From assembly GCA_963815455.1 (NCBI GenBank), contig CAWFGO010000003.1:352001-416000 (forward strand): DNA of 64,000 bases, given 5' to 3'. A model generated the notes under the pieces. The model saw only the letters and a list, made by a program, of their open reading frames with translations. It was not told the DNA's origin and ran no database searches. A program made the position numbers and the translations under genes. Positions 11,858-24,402 of the stretch are shown here, in pieces; within the stretch, counting starts at the first letter, position 1, and each line of letters starts with the position of its first letter. This stretch comes from an uncultured Verrucomicrobiae bacterium (GTDB taxonomy: Bacteria > Verrucomicrobiota > Verrucomicrobiia > Chthoniobacterales > UBA10450).

Positions 11858-12610
11858 ATGGCAATAGTCAATATTCTCAAGAAAATCCTGCCCAAGCAGT
11901 TTAAGGATTTGATCAGGGGGCAAAGTGCCCGTCGTTCGGGGGTTCCGTCCATGCAATGGAGCTTGGAGAATATGTGCCGACTCGGTTTCCGACCGGCTGG
12001 CGTTGTGGACATCGGCGCTTACGAAGGAGAGTGGACGTTGATGGCCGCAAAAATCTTTCCGCGCGTTCCGTTTCTGATGATTGAGGCGCAACCGTCAAAA
12101 CGGGAAGTTCTCGAGCAGATCAAGAGGCAATATCCTGCCACCATTGGCTATCGAATAGCCTTGCTTGGGGACCGGGCAAAAGACGGGGTAGTTTTCCACC
12201 AGCTTGAAAATGCTCCGACGGCGTCCTCCATTTTGTCGGACCACGCCGGTACCCCCGCTCGCGACCTCGTCTGTAAGATGGAAGTCCTCGATCACGTGCT
12301 GGTGGAGGAGCATCTCCAACGTCCGGAATTAATTAAGATCGATGTCCAAGGCTACGAATTGGAGGTGTTGAAAGGGGCCACGGAAACCCTGGCCAAGGCA
12401 CACGCAATAATGATGGAAGTTTCTCTGATCGAGCTTTATAAAGGCAACCCGCTATTGAATGAAGCTATTGGCTTCATGCACGAAAAAGGTTTTAGACCTT
12501 ACGATATCTGCACTTTGAACCGCAGAAGTCTGGATAACGCCCTCGTGCAGGCGGACATGATTTTTCTGAAAAACGACTCTTTTCTGTTAGCGCAAAAGAC
12601 ATGGGCCTGA
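11858..12610 (+). CDS. FkbM-family methyltransferase
   Basis: VDIGAYEG and LIKIDVQGYELEVLKG motifs. Confidence 0.9.
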   Translation: MAIVNILKKILPKQFKDLIRGQSARRSGVPSMQWSLENMCRLGFRPAGVVDIGAYEGEWTLMAAKIFPRVPFLMIEAQPSKREVLEQIKRQYPATIGYRIALLGDRAKDGVVFHQLENAPTASSILSDHAGTPARDLVCKMEVLDHVLVEEHLQRPELIKIDVQGYELEVLKGATETLAKAHAIMMEVSLIELYKGNPLLNEAIGFMHEKGFRPYDICTLNRRSLDNALVQADMIFLKNDSFLLAQKTWA

Positions 12611-12799
12611 AGTGCAACGCGGTTCTGATTACCTCGAGAGGTTGCGACTTCCCGATGCCAAGCTCCTTTTCTGAGCTTCTGGGCAGTTTATAGGGACTGA
12701 TGAAACAGCACGGCCAAGTAGCTCGGCCACCCAAGACAGGCAATATTTTGTGTGCTCATTTGAGTAAATCAAACCCTCTCCGAGCCTTTTTCCGTTTCA

Positions 12800-13936
12800 A
12801 TGAAAGTCGCACTCCTTACCACGGACAACCGCGAACATTATCGCGACTACAATGCGCAATATCCCTATTTCGGCATGGCTCCTGAGGCGTTGCTCCAAGG
12901 CTTCGCGGCGTCCCCAATGTCGAAGTTCACGCGATCTCCTGCACCAGCAGCCAATGAAATCCCCTGAAAAATTGGGTGATAACATTTGGTTTCACAGTCT
13001 GCTAGTGCCAAAAGTCGGCTGGCTACGCACAGGTTATCCGGGATGTGTCCGCGCAGTTCGCAGGAAACTGAAAGAAATTCGGCCGGATATGGTTCATGGC
13101 CAGGGAACAGAACGGGATTGCGGGCTGGAGGCAGTCTTCTCCGGGTTTCCGAATGTCGTGACGTTACATGGCGTCATGACGGAACAGGCGAAACTGTTGC
13201 ATGCCCGGCCCGGGATATTTTACTGGATGGCCGCCCAGCTGGAAAAATTCACTCTGCCCCGCGCGGGCGGGGTTTTCTGCAATTCGGAGTATACAGAGAA
13301 TGCTGTGCGGTCACTTGCCCGCAGAAAATGGCGAGTGCCGAATGCCCTTCGCGAAGCTTTCTTTCGCGAACCGATTACAACTCGTCCATCTGGAAAACCG
13401 ATTCTGCTGAATATCGGCATGATTTCTCCGCGCAAACAGCAATGCGAATTATTGATGGCCGCGCGCAAGTTGCAGGAGGCGGGCTTGCATTTCGAGCTCC
13501 ATTTCTTAGGAACGGTTAATCGCGAAACAACCTCCGGCCACCGATTCTCAACGCCATCGCGCAAAACATTTCGTTTGCTCGTCATCTCGGCTTTAAGTCG
13601 ATGGATGAGGCCATCCGCTGTTACGACCGCGCATCTGCAGTTGTGCATATCCCCTCCGAAGAAGCGTTGAGTCTCGTCAGTGGCTGAACCCTGGCTCGGA
13701 ATTTGAAATTCTTCGGTTTTGATGTCGGTGGCATACCCGAAATTGCCCTCGCCGTTGATGGCGCGGAACTATTTGCAGTCGATGACTGGGATGGGCTAGA
13801 AAACTCGATTCGCCGATGGATTGAGCAGATCGCCGCAGCCGACCTCAGCGGCTGATGTGATGCGCGAACGATATCACCAGCAGTGATCGCTAGGCGACAC
13901 CTTGAGATCTATCGAGAAGTCCTCGCCGCTTCGTAA
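12800..13936 (+). CDS. GT4 glycosyltransferase, frameshifted
   Basis: Starts MKVALLTTDNREH; PDMVHGQGTE, VVTLHG and RKQQ motifs; ends EIYREVLAAS. Confidence 0.8.
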
Positions 13937-14911
13937 ATTTGTATCAATTGCCTGGCGACATCGTCCCAAGAATGCTGCTGGATTTGCGGTGAAGGAAGAT
14001 CGCGAGCCGAACATAGAAATTCTTCAGAATTTGCGCGTTTACCCCTCCGCCTGCCAAATTGAAATAGGTTGCTTGCTCGCCGAAACATTCGCGCGACCAG
14101 TTCAGATCGGGCAGCAGCAATGGCAATCCACAGACGGCGGCTTCATGGGCGACCAAACTCCAGTTTTCGTATCGACTGAACAAAACAAAGCCCCGGGCAG
14201 ACAAGTCAGGTTCTTCATCGCGGCCGGTCCTGAGTGTGCGTTTGTACAAGACAAAGCGGTTGTCCATCAGGCTTTGAAAGCGCGTCCAGTACTGGATCGT
14301 GCCAGAGTAGGATCGCCGACGAAGAGGATCGGCACTTCCGCCGCGCGCGCCATTTCTGCCAACTCGACCGAGCGTTTGACATCCCTAATTGTTCCAACAC
14401 TGATCAGATAGTTCTCTGGAGACGGCTCGGACGAAGGTTGCAGATAAATGTTGTCCAATCCCAACGGGATAACCGCTATCCGTGAGGCGGAGACCCCATA
14501 AACTTTCTCGAGAACACGACGCTCCGCTTCAATGCCGACGACAACACGGTCTGGCTTGTGAAAGGCGCGCCACTGAAGCTGCTTTTGGATTGAACCCCAG
14601 CCAGGAAGAGCGAGAAGACCCCGGGTAATCAATCCTTGAAGCGACAAACGAAGATCCGACCGATTGCATGTCTATGAAAAGAAGGTCGTCAAGACGACAG
14701 GAATTCTCTTCTGACGCGCGAGGTCGAAATAATGATGCGGAATCGATCCGAAATAATGGATCACGTCGGCTCGCTGTTGTTCATCCCACCACCGAACAAA
14801 TTCGACATCGATTCCCGCCTTTGCCAAAGCGAGCTTGGTTTGTTCGATTTGGATCTGAACTCCCCCGTGCGCCAGCAGAAACGGGCTGGAGTGGTCAATC
14901 AATACCTTCAT
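13909..14911 (-). CDS. GT4 glycosyltransferase, frameshifted
   Basis: HGGVQIQIEQT, ISVGTIRDVK and SRYENWSLVAHEAAVCGLP in three ORF pieces. Confidence 0.8.
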
Positions 14912-15108
14912 ACCGACGGCAAACGGGCAGTGTCGGCTCGGCCCGGCACGGGGTCAGTGAAATAAAGATTATCATTAGTCATCGGGGCGGAAATGTTATA
15001 AGCTCCCGAACGATCACAAGAGAGCGTGGCAATTTGCAACCTGGAATTTCTGCTTATCGAAAACGCTGCTTGATTTAGAGGACCTTTCCGTGGCAAAATC
15101 GCTGATTC

Positions 15109-16575
15109 ATGGATAATCCCGCGCTGACCCAACGAGTAAAGGCGCTATTAATCTGCGGCCTCGGGTTGGCTCTTGCCATTTTCCTTGGAACTCAGATCGG
15201 TCAGGAGAACTATGCGGAGCTGCTTCTCGGGACCGTCATCGCCGTCGTTGCCTGCCATTTCCCTTTTCTCGGGCCGATTTTTCTGGGTGCTCACGATTGC
15301 GTCATCTTTTCTCGGAGGAACGTTTCCGATTCTTGGTGGCCAGTTCACTCCATTTCAAATCTTGATGGTGATTGGCGTGGCAAAGTTCTTTGTTGGAGAT
15401 GTCGTCTTGCGACGGACGAAGATGAAACTGGGAACTCGGGTGGATGCGCTGCTTGATCCTGGCTTCATGGCGATTCTCACCTGGCATGGCATTCACGACC
15501 GATTCGGAATGCGCTTTCTGGGATCGAGTATTTGGGGCGGCAGGAATTATGTGAGCGTTTACGTCGGACTGGCGGCGTTTGTGGTGATCCAGAGCATCCC
15601 AATGAAACCGAGGCTTTGGGCAAAATTGCCCTATGTCATCCTGGCGGTGACCGGCATTCGATATGATCATCGCCATAATCACGACAATATTTCCAGATTC
15701 CATATATATGATATATCCATTTCTATTCGGCGGTATCCATGGCGGGAGTCGAAGAAATCCTACCGGCAATCTCGATGTACACGGGCGGATCGGCTGCATT
15801 CGGCAACTTTGGAGTTCATGATGATTATTCTCATCTTGGCCTCGACTTCGCTGACAAGAATTTTACACCCAGCGAACTTATTCCGCTTGTCGGTCTCGCA
15901 GCCGGCTCTCTGGCGGTTCTTTATTCCGGCTTTCGCTCTGCGGTCGCAAACGCTCTGATGCCGGATTTATCGCTGGAATTCGCGATCTAAAATGGGCTGT
16001 TTTGGCGGTCTTCCCATTTGTCGCCGTGTTTCTCTTTGGGCTTTCGGTAATCAATTCCGAAATTGTCGCTCTGCCCAAGCAGATCCAGCGCGGCCTGGCG
16101 TTTATTCCAGGAAAATGGGATATCGAGATGGACAGGATGCCGCTGCCTCCAACGATTTTCGAAGACAGGTCTGGACAATCTGGTGGAAAGAATATTTTCC
16201 GAGGCATCCCTTGCTCGGAAGAGGCTTCGGTTTTCGAAGTCAGTGGGCAAGGACTTCCGTGGTCCAGCACAGCGCCTGGGAAACAAAGCAGATGGTCGAA
16301 ACCGGGAATATTCATAACGGCCTGTTTTCAGCCATGGATGCTTTGGAATCGTCGGGGCAATTTTCTTCGTCATTTGGAATATTCGGCATGCTCGGCCGGA
16401 CCTTCCGGGTGCCAGGCCTCGGAACGATCCTGAATGGTCGCTATGCGTTTTCTCGCGCTCTACCTGGCAGTCCAGATCATATCCTATTGGTTCGGCGCTT
16501 CGAGCCTGGGTTCGTTTTTTGCCCAGGAATTCGCCTTGGCCGCTGTTTTCCTTCGCCTACAGAGCGAGATTTAAT
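15109..16575 (+). CDS. O-antigen ligase / Wzy-like membrane protein, heavily frameshifted
   Basis: Multi-TM; SGFRS, R..W...HPLLGRGFG and HNG motifs. End approximate. Confidence 0.7.
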
Positions 16576-16697
16576 GAATCCAGGAGCAAAACGTCGGTCG
16601 GAGGTCAGACAGACGAGCAGAGTCTCCAAGACGAATTGGCAATCGCCTAGCTGCAAGCCCAGGATGCGTTCAAAATCAGGGGGCGCGAATCGGCCAG

Positions 16698-17570
16698 ATG
16701 ATCTCGATCGTTACGCCGAGTTTTCGACAGCTCGATTGGTTGCGACTCGCAATCGCATCGGTGGCGGACCAAGAAGGAGTGAAGGTCGAACATATCGTTC
16801 AAGATGGCGGGACGGAGGATGTCCAGGAAACGTTGGCCAAAATCGCGAAATCTTGGAGAAGCAATTCTTACAAGCCGAAATTGTTCGTTGAAAAAGATCA
16901 GGGAATGTACGATGCGATCAATCGTGGATTGCGGCGGACCACCGGTGAAATTTGCGGCTATCTGAATTGCGACGAGCAATATTTCCCGGAGCGCTAACCG
17001 AGGTGGAAAATTATTTCGAGGCGAATCCCCGGAAACCGATGTGCTTTTTGGCGATGCTATTCTGGTGAACGCGGAAGGCGTCCCCTCTCGTATCGCCGAG
17101 TGACCTCCCCTGCCTGGCCCACTTGCGTCTTGCCGATCTCAATACTCTAACGTGTGCGACCTTTTTCCGACGAACGGGCTGGTGGAAGCCGATCACCTCT
17201 TTCCTACTCACCTCAAGATTGCAGGCGATCAATCCTGGGTTTTTCAGCTACTTGAAGAGCGGAATTAAAATGGGCGTGCTGCAAAAACCTCTTAGTGTGT
17301 TTGCATTCACTGGGGCCAATCTTTCACACACCGCTTGGTGGATAGACGAACGATCGGCCTGGGCTTTCCCAGACGAGCGATCAAGCCCGTTCGATGACGC
17401 CGATTGTAATCTCCGGACATCGGTTCAGGAAACTGCTCGCGGGAGCGTATCGCTGGCGAGATGTTACCATCGAAATCTACACAAAAGCGCGGCCTGATCA
17501 GCGTAGAAAAGACATGCGCACGGATCGGCTTCCGCTGGCCGAAGAATCCCGCGGCGTGATCTCAAGTGAA
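16698..17570 (+). CDS. GT2 glycosyltransferase, frameshifted
   Basis: MISIVTPSF, VQDGG, EKDQGMYDAINRG and YLNCDE motifs. End approximate. Confidence 0.8.
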
Positions 17571-18564
17571 GATCGGGTTGCTTCAATGGCTGATTTGTCC
17601 CCGTGATCCGCGGCCCTTTTGAACTCATCGGTAGCAAAGATGCAAATGGCGAAATCGAATCGGGCGTGTTGCGATGTCTGAAATGTGGCTGTGAATACCC
17701 GATTGTGCGCGGCGTACCACGGTTCGTTCAATCGGACGATTATGCTTCAAGTTTTGGCTTACAATGGAACCGCCACGCACGGGTTCAGCTCGATTCCAAG
17801 AACGGCACGACATTTTCACGCGATCGATTTTATGCGATCACCGAATGGTTGCCGCCCTCGATTAGGGATAAGCTCGTCATGGATGTAGGCTGCGGTGCCG
17901 GGCGTTTTGCCGAGATTGCCCTGTCGGACGGCGCCGAAGTTGTTGCTGTGGATTTGAGCTCAGCAGTCGATGCGGCCTATCAAAATCTGGGCAGACATCC
18001 GAGGTTTCATTGCATACAGGCATCGATCTACGAATTACCCTTTGCCGACGGGACATTCGACTACGGATATTGCATCGGCGTGATTCAACATACACCCGAC
18101 CCGGAAAAGGCGGTGAAAAGCATTCTTCCAAAAATCAAAGTCGGCGGGAAAGCAGGCTTTTGGATTTATGAGCGCAATTGGAAAGCGTTCATCGGAACCG
18201 TCGGATTCAAATATCTATTGCGCCCGTTCACCGGCGATGGGATTTTCGAGCGCACCGAAGCATTCGCCACTTCATTAGAGAAATTCTTTTGGCCGATCAC
18301 GCGAGGGGCCGGCAGCGCGGAATCATTGGGAAGATCGTGATGAGAATGTTGCCGGTCTCCTCCGCTCACCTTCAAGGGTTGCCTCTGGGTGAAAGCGATT
18401 TTCGGGAATGGGTCAGGCTCGACACCCTCGACATGTATTCGCCCGCGCATGATCATCCGCAGACCTTTGCCCAAGTGAAAACGTGGTTGGAAGCAGGCGG
18501 GTTTCAGGTCGATCCTCGACACCCGCATGGAGGAATCTCGATTACGGGAAGCAGGTCTCGCTAA
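17566..18564 (+). CDS. Trm112-like zinc ribbon fused to class I SAM methyltransferase, frameshifted
   Basis: LICP...CLKCGCEYPIVRGVPRF, MDVGCGAGRF and IGVIQHTPDP motifs. Confidence 0.8.
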
Positions 18565-20108
18565 TGAACGAAAAGGATGTTTCGGTGCGTTTCCAGGGGA
18601 TTGAAATTCGATCGCCCTGTCTGGCTATTTCTTCTCGTGGGTATGGCCTTGCGTTGCGTGGCCATCAATAAACCACTGATTGACGCACATTTGGTCCGTC
18701 AAACTCAGACCGCAGCGGCTACGGAAAGCCTGATAAATCAGCCGGGTCTTAACCTCAGTTCCAATGTTCCATGGTCTGGGGACATCGATGACCGCTACCT
18801 GCAGGAGTTACCGCTCTATAACTATCTCGTGATTGGGATCTATCGAGTCGTCGGCGATCTCGATGCAAGCGGAAAAGTGACGAGCATCATTCTGTGGGCG
18901 GCTTCGTTTCTATGTTTACAGTTTATCTGGCGACGTTTTCTTGACCGGGAACAGACAAATTGGGCCAACCTCCTCTTTGTCGTTGCGCCTTTGGGCGTGT
19001 TCTTTGGTCAGGCGTTCATGCCCGAGATGCTGGTGCAGCTCCTGGCTTTCTCGTTCGTTCTGCTGGCAATACGCTATATCGAGATTCCAAGTGTCACACG
19101 CTGGATATCATGCGTGGCGGTTGGGCTGACCGGATTATTGGTCAAGCTGCCGGAAATCGCCCACCTCTACGTCATTTTGATTGCGTTGGTTTTCGGCTGC
19201 GAAGGGCGCAAAGGGCTGGTGCGACCACGATACTTGATAGCCGCTGCTGCGACAATTGTCGTACTCAAGCTCTGGGGCAACTATCCAGACACGGTGAACG
19301 TTGGACCTTTGTCTTTCGGCTCATCCGATAGACAAACTACTGCATACCTATATCGGAACATGAGGACAGTAGATTCCATTTCCTACCATGGGCGATGGTG
19401 GGTTTGTACCTGACGGCTTTCATCGCTGCCGGGCCGTGCCGCTCTGGTCATCGGTTACGGGCTGTGGATTTATCTGCGGAGGACGACGGGAGAAAATCCT
19501 TGGGTTGTGGCTCCTTTCGCTGGTGGTTTTTTATTTACTCTGGTTCGGGTTCGCAGCCACAAATCAAAGCTACTACAACCTGCCAGCGTTAGCTCCGGCT
19601 GTGCGCACTTTTCGGGATCGGCATGAAAGAGCTCTTTTCGTCGAGATATTTCATTCGATGGCGGTTGGCGGCAACGATTGGCGCCGCTCTGTTGGTAATC
19701 CTTCCCGCAATTCCGGTTTGGCAATACCTTTTCCGGCAAGATCGACAAATCTTTGCTGCGGCATCGTGGGTTCGGGCAAATACTCAGCCGGGCGACCTGA
19801 TCCTACTTCGGCTGAACCATCGTAATGACATGATCGACTATCCATTCAACCCGATAATCGCTTACTATGGTAAGCGTCCCACCTTTGTCTGGACCAGATA
19901 TACGCCCGAAGCTTATCGCAGAGCCGCTCTGGAACGCGCCAAATACGCAGTAGTGACGCCGCCTGCGCCGGCCGTGGGAGGTGTGCTGGCGTTAGTCAAC
20001 CGCTTGCGGCACTCCTCCCACTCTCCTGAGCCTACCGATTGGCTGGAAACGAGCGGATTTCACATGTTCGTGACAGAAAAAGGCTTTGTCGTTTACCGGA
20101 AGAACTGA
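18564..20108 (+). CDS. GT-C (ArnT/PMT-like, GT39/83) membrane glycosyltransferase, frameshifted
   Basis: RQTQTA, QELPLYNY, FMPE and LVKLP motifs; multi-TM. Confidence 0.7.
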
Positions 20109-20314
20109 TGCTCATGATCTCTTGCATCCGTTCACCGGTTTCGCTTGGATGAAGTGGATTTCTGCAAATGAAGAAGATTGAGCAGACTGCACTGATCCGC
20201 ACATGATCATCCCCAGACGTTCCAGCCGGAAAAGAATGGCTGGAAGAGGCGGGCTTCGATGTCGATCCAGGACGTCCGCATGGAGGCATCTAGATCGCTG
20301 GATACCGTAAACGA

Positions 20315-22012
20315 ATGAAGGCTGCAGATTTCTCAGCCGAAAATGGCCACGGGAAAAGGCCGGCGTTAGCGAATGGCTCCGAGCTGCCGCTGTTACTTCT
20401 ATTGTTCTGCATTCCGCCGCTGATCGGCATGGCGCGTCATCCATTCTGGCTGGATGAAGTGTTTACTTTGTTTCCGGCGCCAAACGACGATTCGTCTTTA
20501 CGCGCGGCTTTTGCGAGCGCCTTTCATTTTTCAGGGTCGGTCCAGTTTACTCCCCTTCACACCTTTCTTGTCGCGATCTGGGCGCGAATCGTGCCTTCCA
20601 CGGAATTCGCGCTCAGGTGCATGAACTTTCCGTTTCTGATCGGCATTGCCCTAATCTCTCGAGCACTTCTGCGCCGGCTGGCTTTGCGATCAGTGGCCAG
20701 CTACTGGCTTTTTCTGACATTTATCGCGTTAAGCCCGTTTTATCTTTATTACTCTCATTAGATCTGCGCCCCTACGCGTCACTGATTTGCTTTGGCGGAA
20801 TGATATTCCTTGGCCTGCTCTTGTGGAAAGAGTGGCAAAAGAGCGGGCCATGGCTGATTGCCACGGGATTTTCTCTAGCTTTCCTGACCCAACCGACGGG
20901 TATTTCTGTTGGCGCCGGTCATTCTGGCCAGCGTGATCTCGCGCGGGTGGCACGATCCTCGTCGAGCAGCCCGGATGTGGACTGCGCCAGGCTTAATTGG
21001 AACACTGGCCACTGGCGCGGGGAGCCTTTATTACCACGCCGTTCGCAGCGGAGGAGGAATGCAGTTCTGGGGCGGCGGTGGATTCGTCAAAAGCATCGGC
21101 TTCGTTCTTTACGAGTTCATGGGATTCGCCGGCCTGGGGCCAACCCGCTCGCAACTGCGGGCACTCGCTCCTCCAGCTGGTGTGGAATCGGCGCTCGCTC
21201 CGGTGCAACTCTCATGGATGGATTGGCTGCCGGCCGTTGTGCTCGCCATTTTATGGGGCGTCCTGGCCGGCCTTGTCCTCTACTCACTTGTCCGTGGTGG
21301 GACCCGGCGCTTCTGGGCGGTTCCAGTATTGCGTTGGAGCGCAATACTTTTCTTCGTCCGTCTGCTGCTACTGACCGTTTTCTTTGATCTAATCAATTAT
21401 CGTTTTCAGGCGCGGCACGCCAGTTTCCTCTACCTGCCGTTTCTTTTTCTTGTCTTCGCGTGTGTCGTACAAGCGAATGGAAAACTGACGATTCGCCTCC
21501 CTTTTCTCGCTTTGCTCGCAGTCATGGCACTGTCGTCGGCTCGTCTGCTGCTCGACCCGGTTTACATGCGGGAAGATCCCCGCGGATTGCTTGAAGCCTG
21601 GCGGCGATTCAACGCAACCGTCGGGCCGGCTGATCTCTGGGCGTTTTATCCGCCCGAGTCGATGATCTACTACGTCAAAGGCAGGGATTTACTCGTTCTC
21701 TCCGATTCCGCAGCTTACCGATACGACCGGATCGGGCCGGCAACCTTTCGAAAAACGGATTTGCCTGACGACGCTGCGCAAAAGGATCTCGCAAACGCGG
21801 ATGTAGTCTGCTTGATGAGACTAAGGCGTCGAGATTTGTGGCAGCACCTGGTGGAAAGTCACCGCGGCAAGAGGGTCGTGATTGCCGTGAACCGTGGCAC
21901 GGAATTCGATCCGGATAATTTTGCACGGGAATTGATCGATAACCCCGCTGCTCATGCGAAGAAGCTGGGCGAATGGCCTTTCGTCGAATGTTATCAGTGC
22001 GTTGTGCCTTAG
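20315..22012 (+). CDS. GT-C-like membrane protein, frameshifted
   Basis: FWLDEVFT, PLH, EFALR, SPFYLYYS and LRPYA motifs. Confidence 0.65.
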
Positions 22013-22023
22013 CGACAACGCCG

Positions 22024-22758
22024 CTAGTCACGTTGTGCAAAAATGTTAAGGAAGAAATGTTCACCAACTCTGAAGTCCTCCTCGCCAAGGGGAATGAGCC
22101 GCCCGTTCCAGGCCACTTTGGAGACTGTGAAGCCGCTACTCGAAAGAAGATTAGTAAGCGCGCGCGGGTTTTCCCCCGCCATAGTTAAACCGTAAGGCCA
22201 GAACTCGAGCAGTAACTTCAGTGCCGGGCTCTGCTTGATGACCCGGCTCGCCCCGCGCAGCGCCGCCAATTCGAATCCCTGAATGTCCGCCTTGATAAAA
22301 TCGACGACTTTGCCATCGGGAAAATAGTCGTCCAAGGCAACGCAGGAGACCGGGATCACTTCGCGCGCCTCTCCGTGGGTCGGATACAAACGGTGATCGA
22401 CGTTTACCGCCTTCGATAAATAGAGCGACATCTGGCGTGTTTCCGCGGCAAGGGCCACAGGGTTGCAGATGATGTTTTGCTCATTTCGGGCTGCTGCGCT
22501 TAACCGAGAAAAATTCTCAGGCGATGGCTCGAAACTATGGACCTCTCCCGATGGACCGACCAGTCGAGCAAGATACCGGGAATAAATGCCGATGTTTGCA
22601 CCGGCATCGACGACGATCATGCCGGGAATAACATGCGCCCGTATCAGACTGCGCTCGGCGCGATCCCTTGTCGCTTTGTAGATGGAATAGAGCGGCCGAT
22701 AGAGCGGGAAGCAACGCTCAAATACTTTGTTTCCGATCCGGTGTAAAAGCGGCGACAT
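22024..22758 (-). CDS. FkbM-family methyltransferase
   Basis: VDAGANIG, HSFEP and DFIKADIQGFE motifs. Confidence 0.9.
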   Translation of the reverse strand: MSPLLHRIGNKVFERCFPLYRPLYSIYKATRDRAERSLIRAHVIPGMIVVDAGANIGIYSRYLARLVGPSGEVHSFEPSPENFSRLSAAARNEQNIICNPVALAAETRQMSLYLSKAVNVDHRLYPTHGEAREVIPVSCVALDDYFPDGKVVDFIKADIQGFELAALRGASRVIKQSPALKLLLEFWPYGLTMAGENPRALTNLLSSSGFTVSKVAWNGRLIPLGEEDFRVGEHFFLNIFAQRD

Positions 22759-22868
22759 CGGTCAGGCAAGGCGCACTGGCTGCGCCAGCTGCATCAGGCT
22801 CTGCTTGCCGCCTTTCTCGATCATGGTAAGCCGATCGAGAACATGAATGGCTAATGCGGACACAATGA

Positions 22869-24402
22869 TTAGTAGCCCAATTTCAGTTTGACGAAGCCGT
22901 GGAAACACATGCGCAGCATCACCAGACCATTCCGAAAGACCCTGGTCATCTTAGTCGTGCCGTAAACTCGCTCTTGATAGTGCACGGGAAGATCGACAAT
23001 GCGCAGGTTAAGTTTTGAAGCGCCAAAGAGGAGATCGTAGTCGCCCCAACGATCAATCGTTCCCCAGGAACCGACGTAAGACTTGATGCGTTCCCAGTCA
23101 CTGCGCCAAATGACTTTTGTCCCGCACAACGTGTCCTTGACGCGTTGTCCGAGCAGATACGAGAAGGCAACGCTGAAAAACTTGTTCCCGACCATGTTCG
23201 CTCCTTTCATTGCTGAAGTTGGCATTGGATAGATTAACCGGGAGCCGTTCACAAACTCCGCACCGCCGCCAGCGAGCAGGCTCAAGAACATCGGCAATTC
23301 TTCGGGCATCGTGGTTAGGTCCGCATCCAGAATCATCAGAACATCACCAGTTGCCGCCTCGAAGCCGGTCCAGACATTCTTTGATTTGCAGATGCCGGGG
23401 CCAGAGACGAGCCGGATCGTTTTTTCCGGGTAAAGCGCCGCCAACCGGCGCACCTCGTCAGCTGTTCCGTCCGTCGATCGATCGTCGCAGAAGATAAGTT
23501 CGGTTCCCGCCCGAGTCTGGGGATTCGCTGGATCGCGCCGGCGATGTTCCCCTTCTCATCCTTGCATGGAATGATCACGGATACTTTGAGCTCTTCGGTT
23601 TGATCGGCTCTGGCAAAACGCGGGCGACGATCACTTGAACCATGCAGAGCCGATTCAGTCCCGGCAGACGCGCACAAAAGCCGTTCAAGAATTCCGACAG
23701 GAGCGGAATGTATTTCGGCAACAAGACGATCCGATAAGTCTTGAGCGCTTCGTAATCGGAGATCGTAAGAAAATTCGCAACGTCGATCTCGGAAAGCCAG
23801 TTTTGGTTCACGGTCGGGACCTTGAGGCCAAACTTTCCGGCCAAAATGACCATTGGCTCCCAAAGGTGGTTGTACCAGACAATCAGAACACGCGTTTCTC
23901 TTTTAGCCAGTGCCCTAAGATTCGCGAATGCACTTTGGACATCAACCGTGTCATCGATTCCGTTGACGAGAATGTAATCGAAGGGTTCTTCGCCGGACAA
24001 AAGTTCGCGAAAGTCGTTGGTGTCTGGGAAACCGACGACAAACTTGAACTCCGGATGGCGCTTTTTCGCGACCTGTACCATCTCGCCGGCAATATCGATT
24101 CCGACACCATAAGCAGGCCGAACTTCGGCCAGCTGCTGACCTGGCCCCGATCGGATCGAGAGGACCCGCTTTCCCGGCTCCACCAAAAACCGAAGCAACC
24201 TGCTGACCATTCCATAATGGTACGGGTTCCGATTAATCCACTTTTCGCGAACATCGGCTACGCTGGCAAGGTGTTGACGGGTCAATTCTCGTCGCGCGTC
24301 GAGTGCCGCCGGACCCCATTTACTATTTTCCGGTTGCTGCGCGGGTTGCTTTGCCTCCGCAGGTTCTATTGTAGTCTCGCTCAGACCAGACGGAGATGTC
24401 AT
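22869..24402 (-). CDS. Methyltransferase-like plus GT2 (DPM-synthase-like) fusion, frameshifted
   Basis: VSVIIPCKDEKGNI, ILDADLT, DTLCGTK and WGDYDLLFGA motifs. Confidence 0.8.
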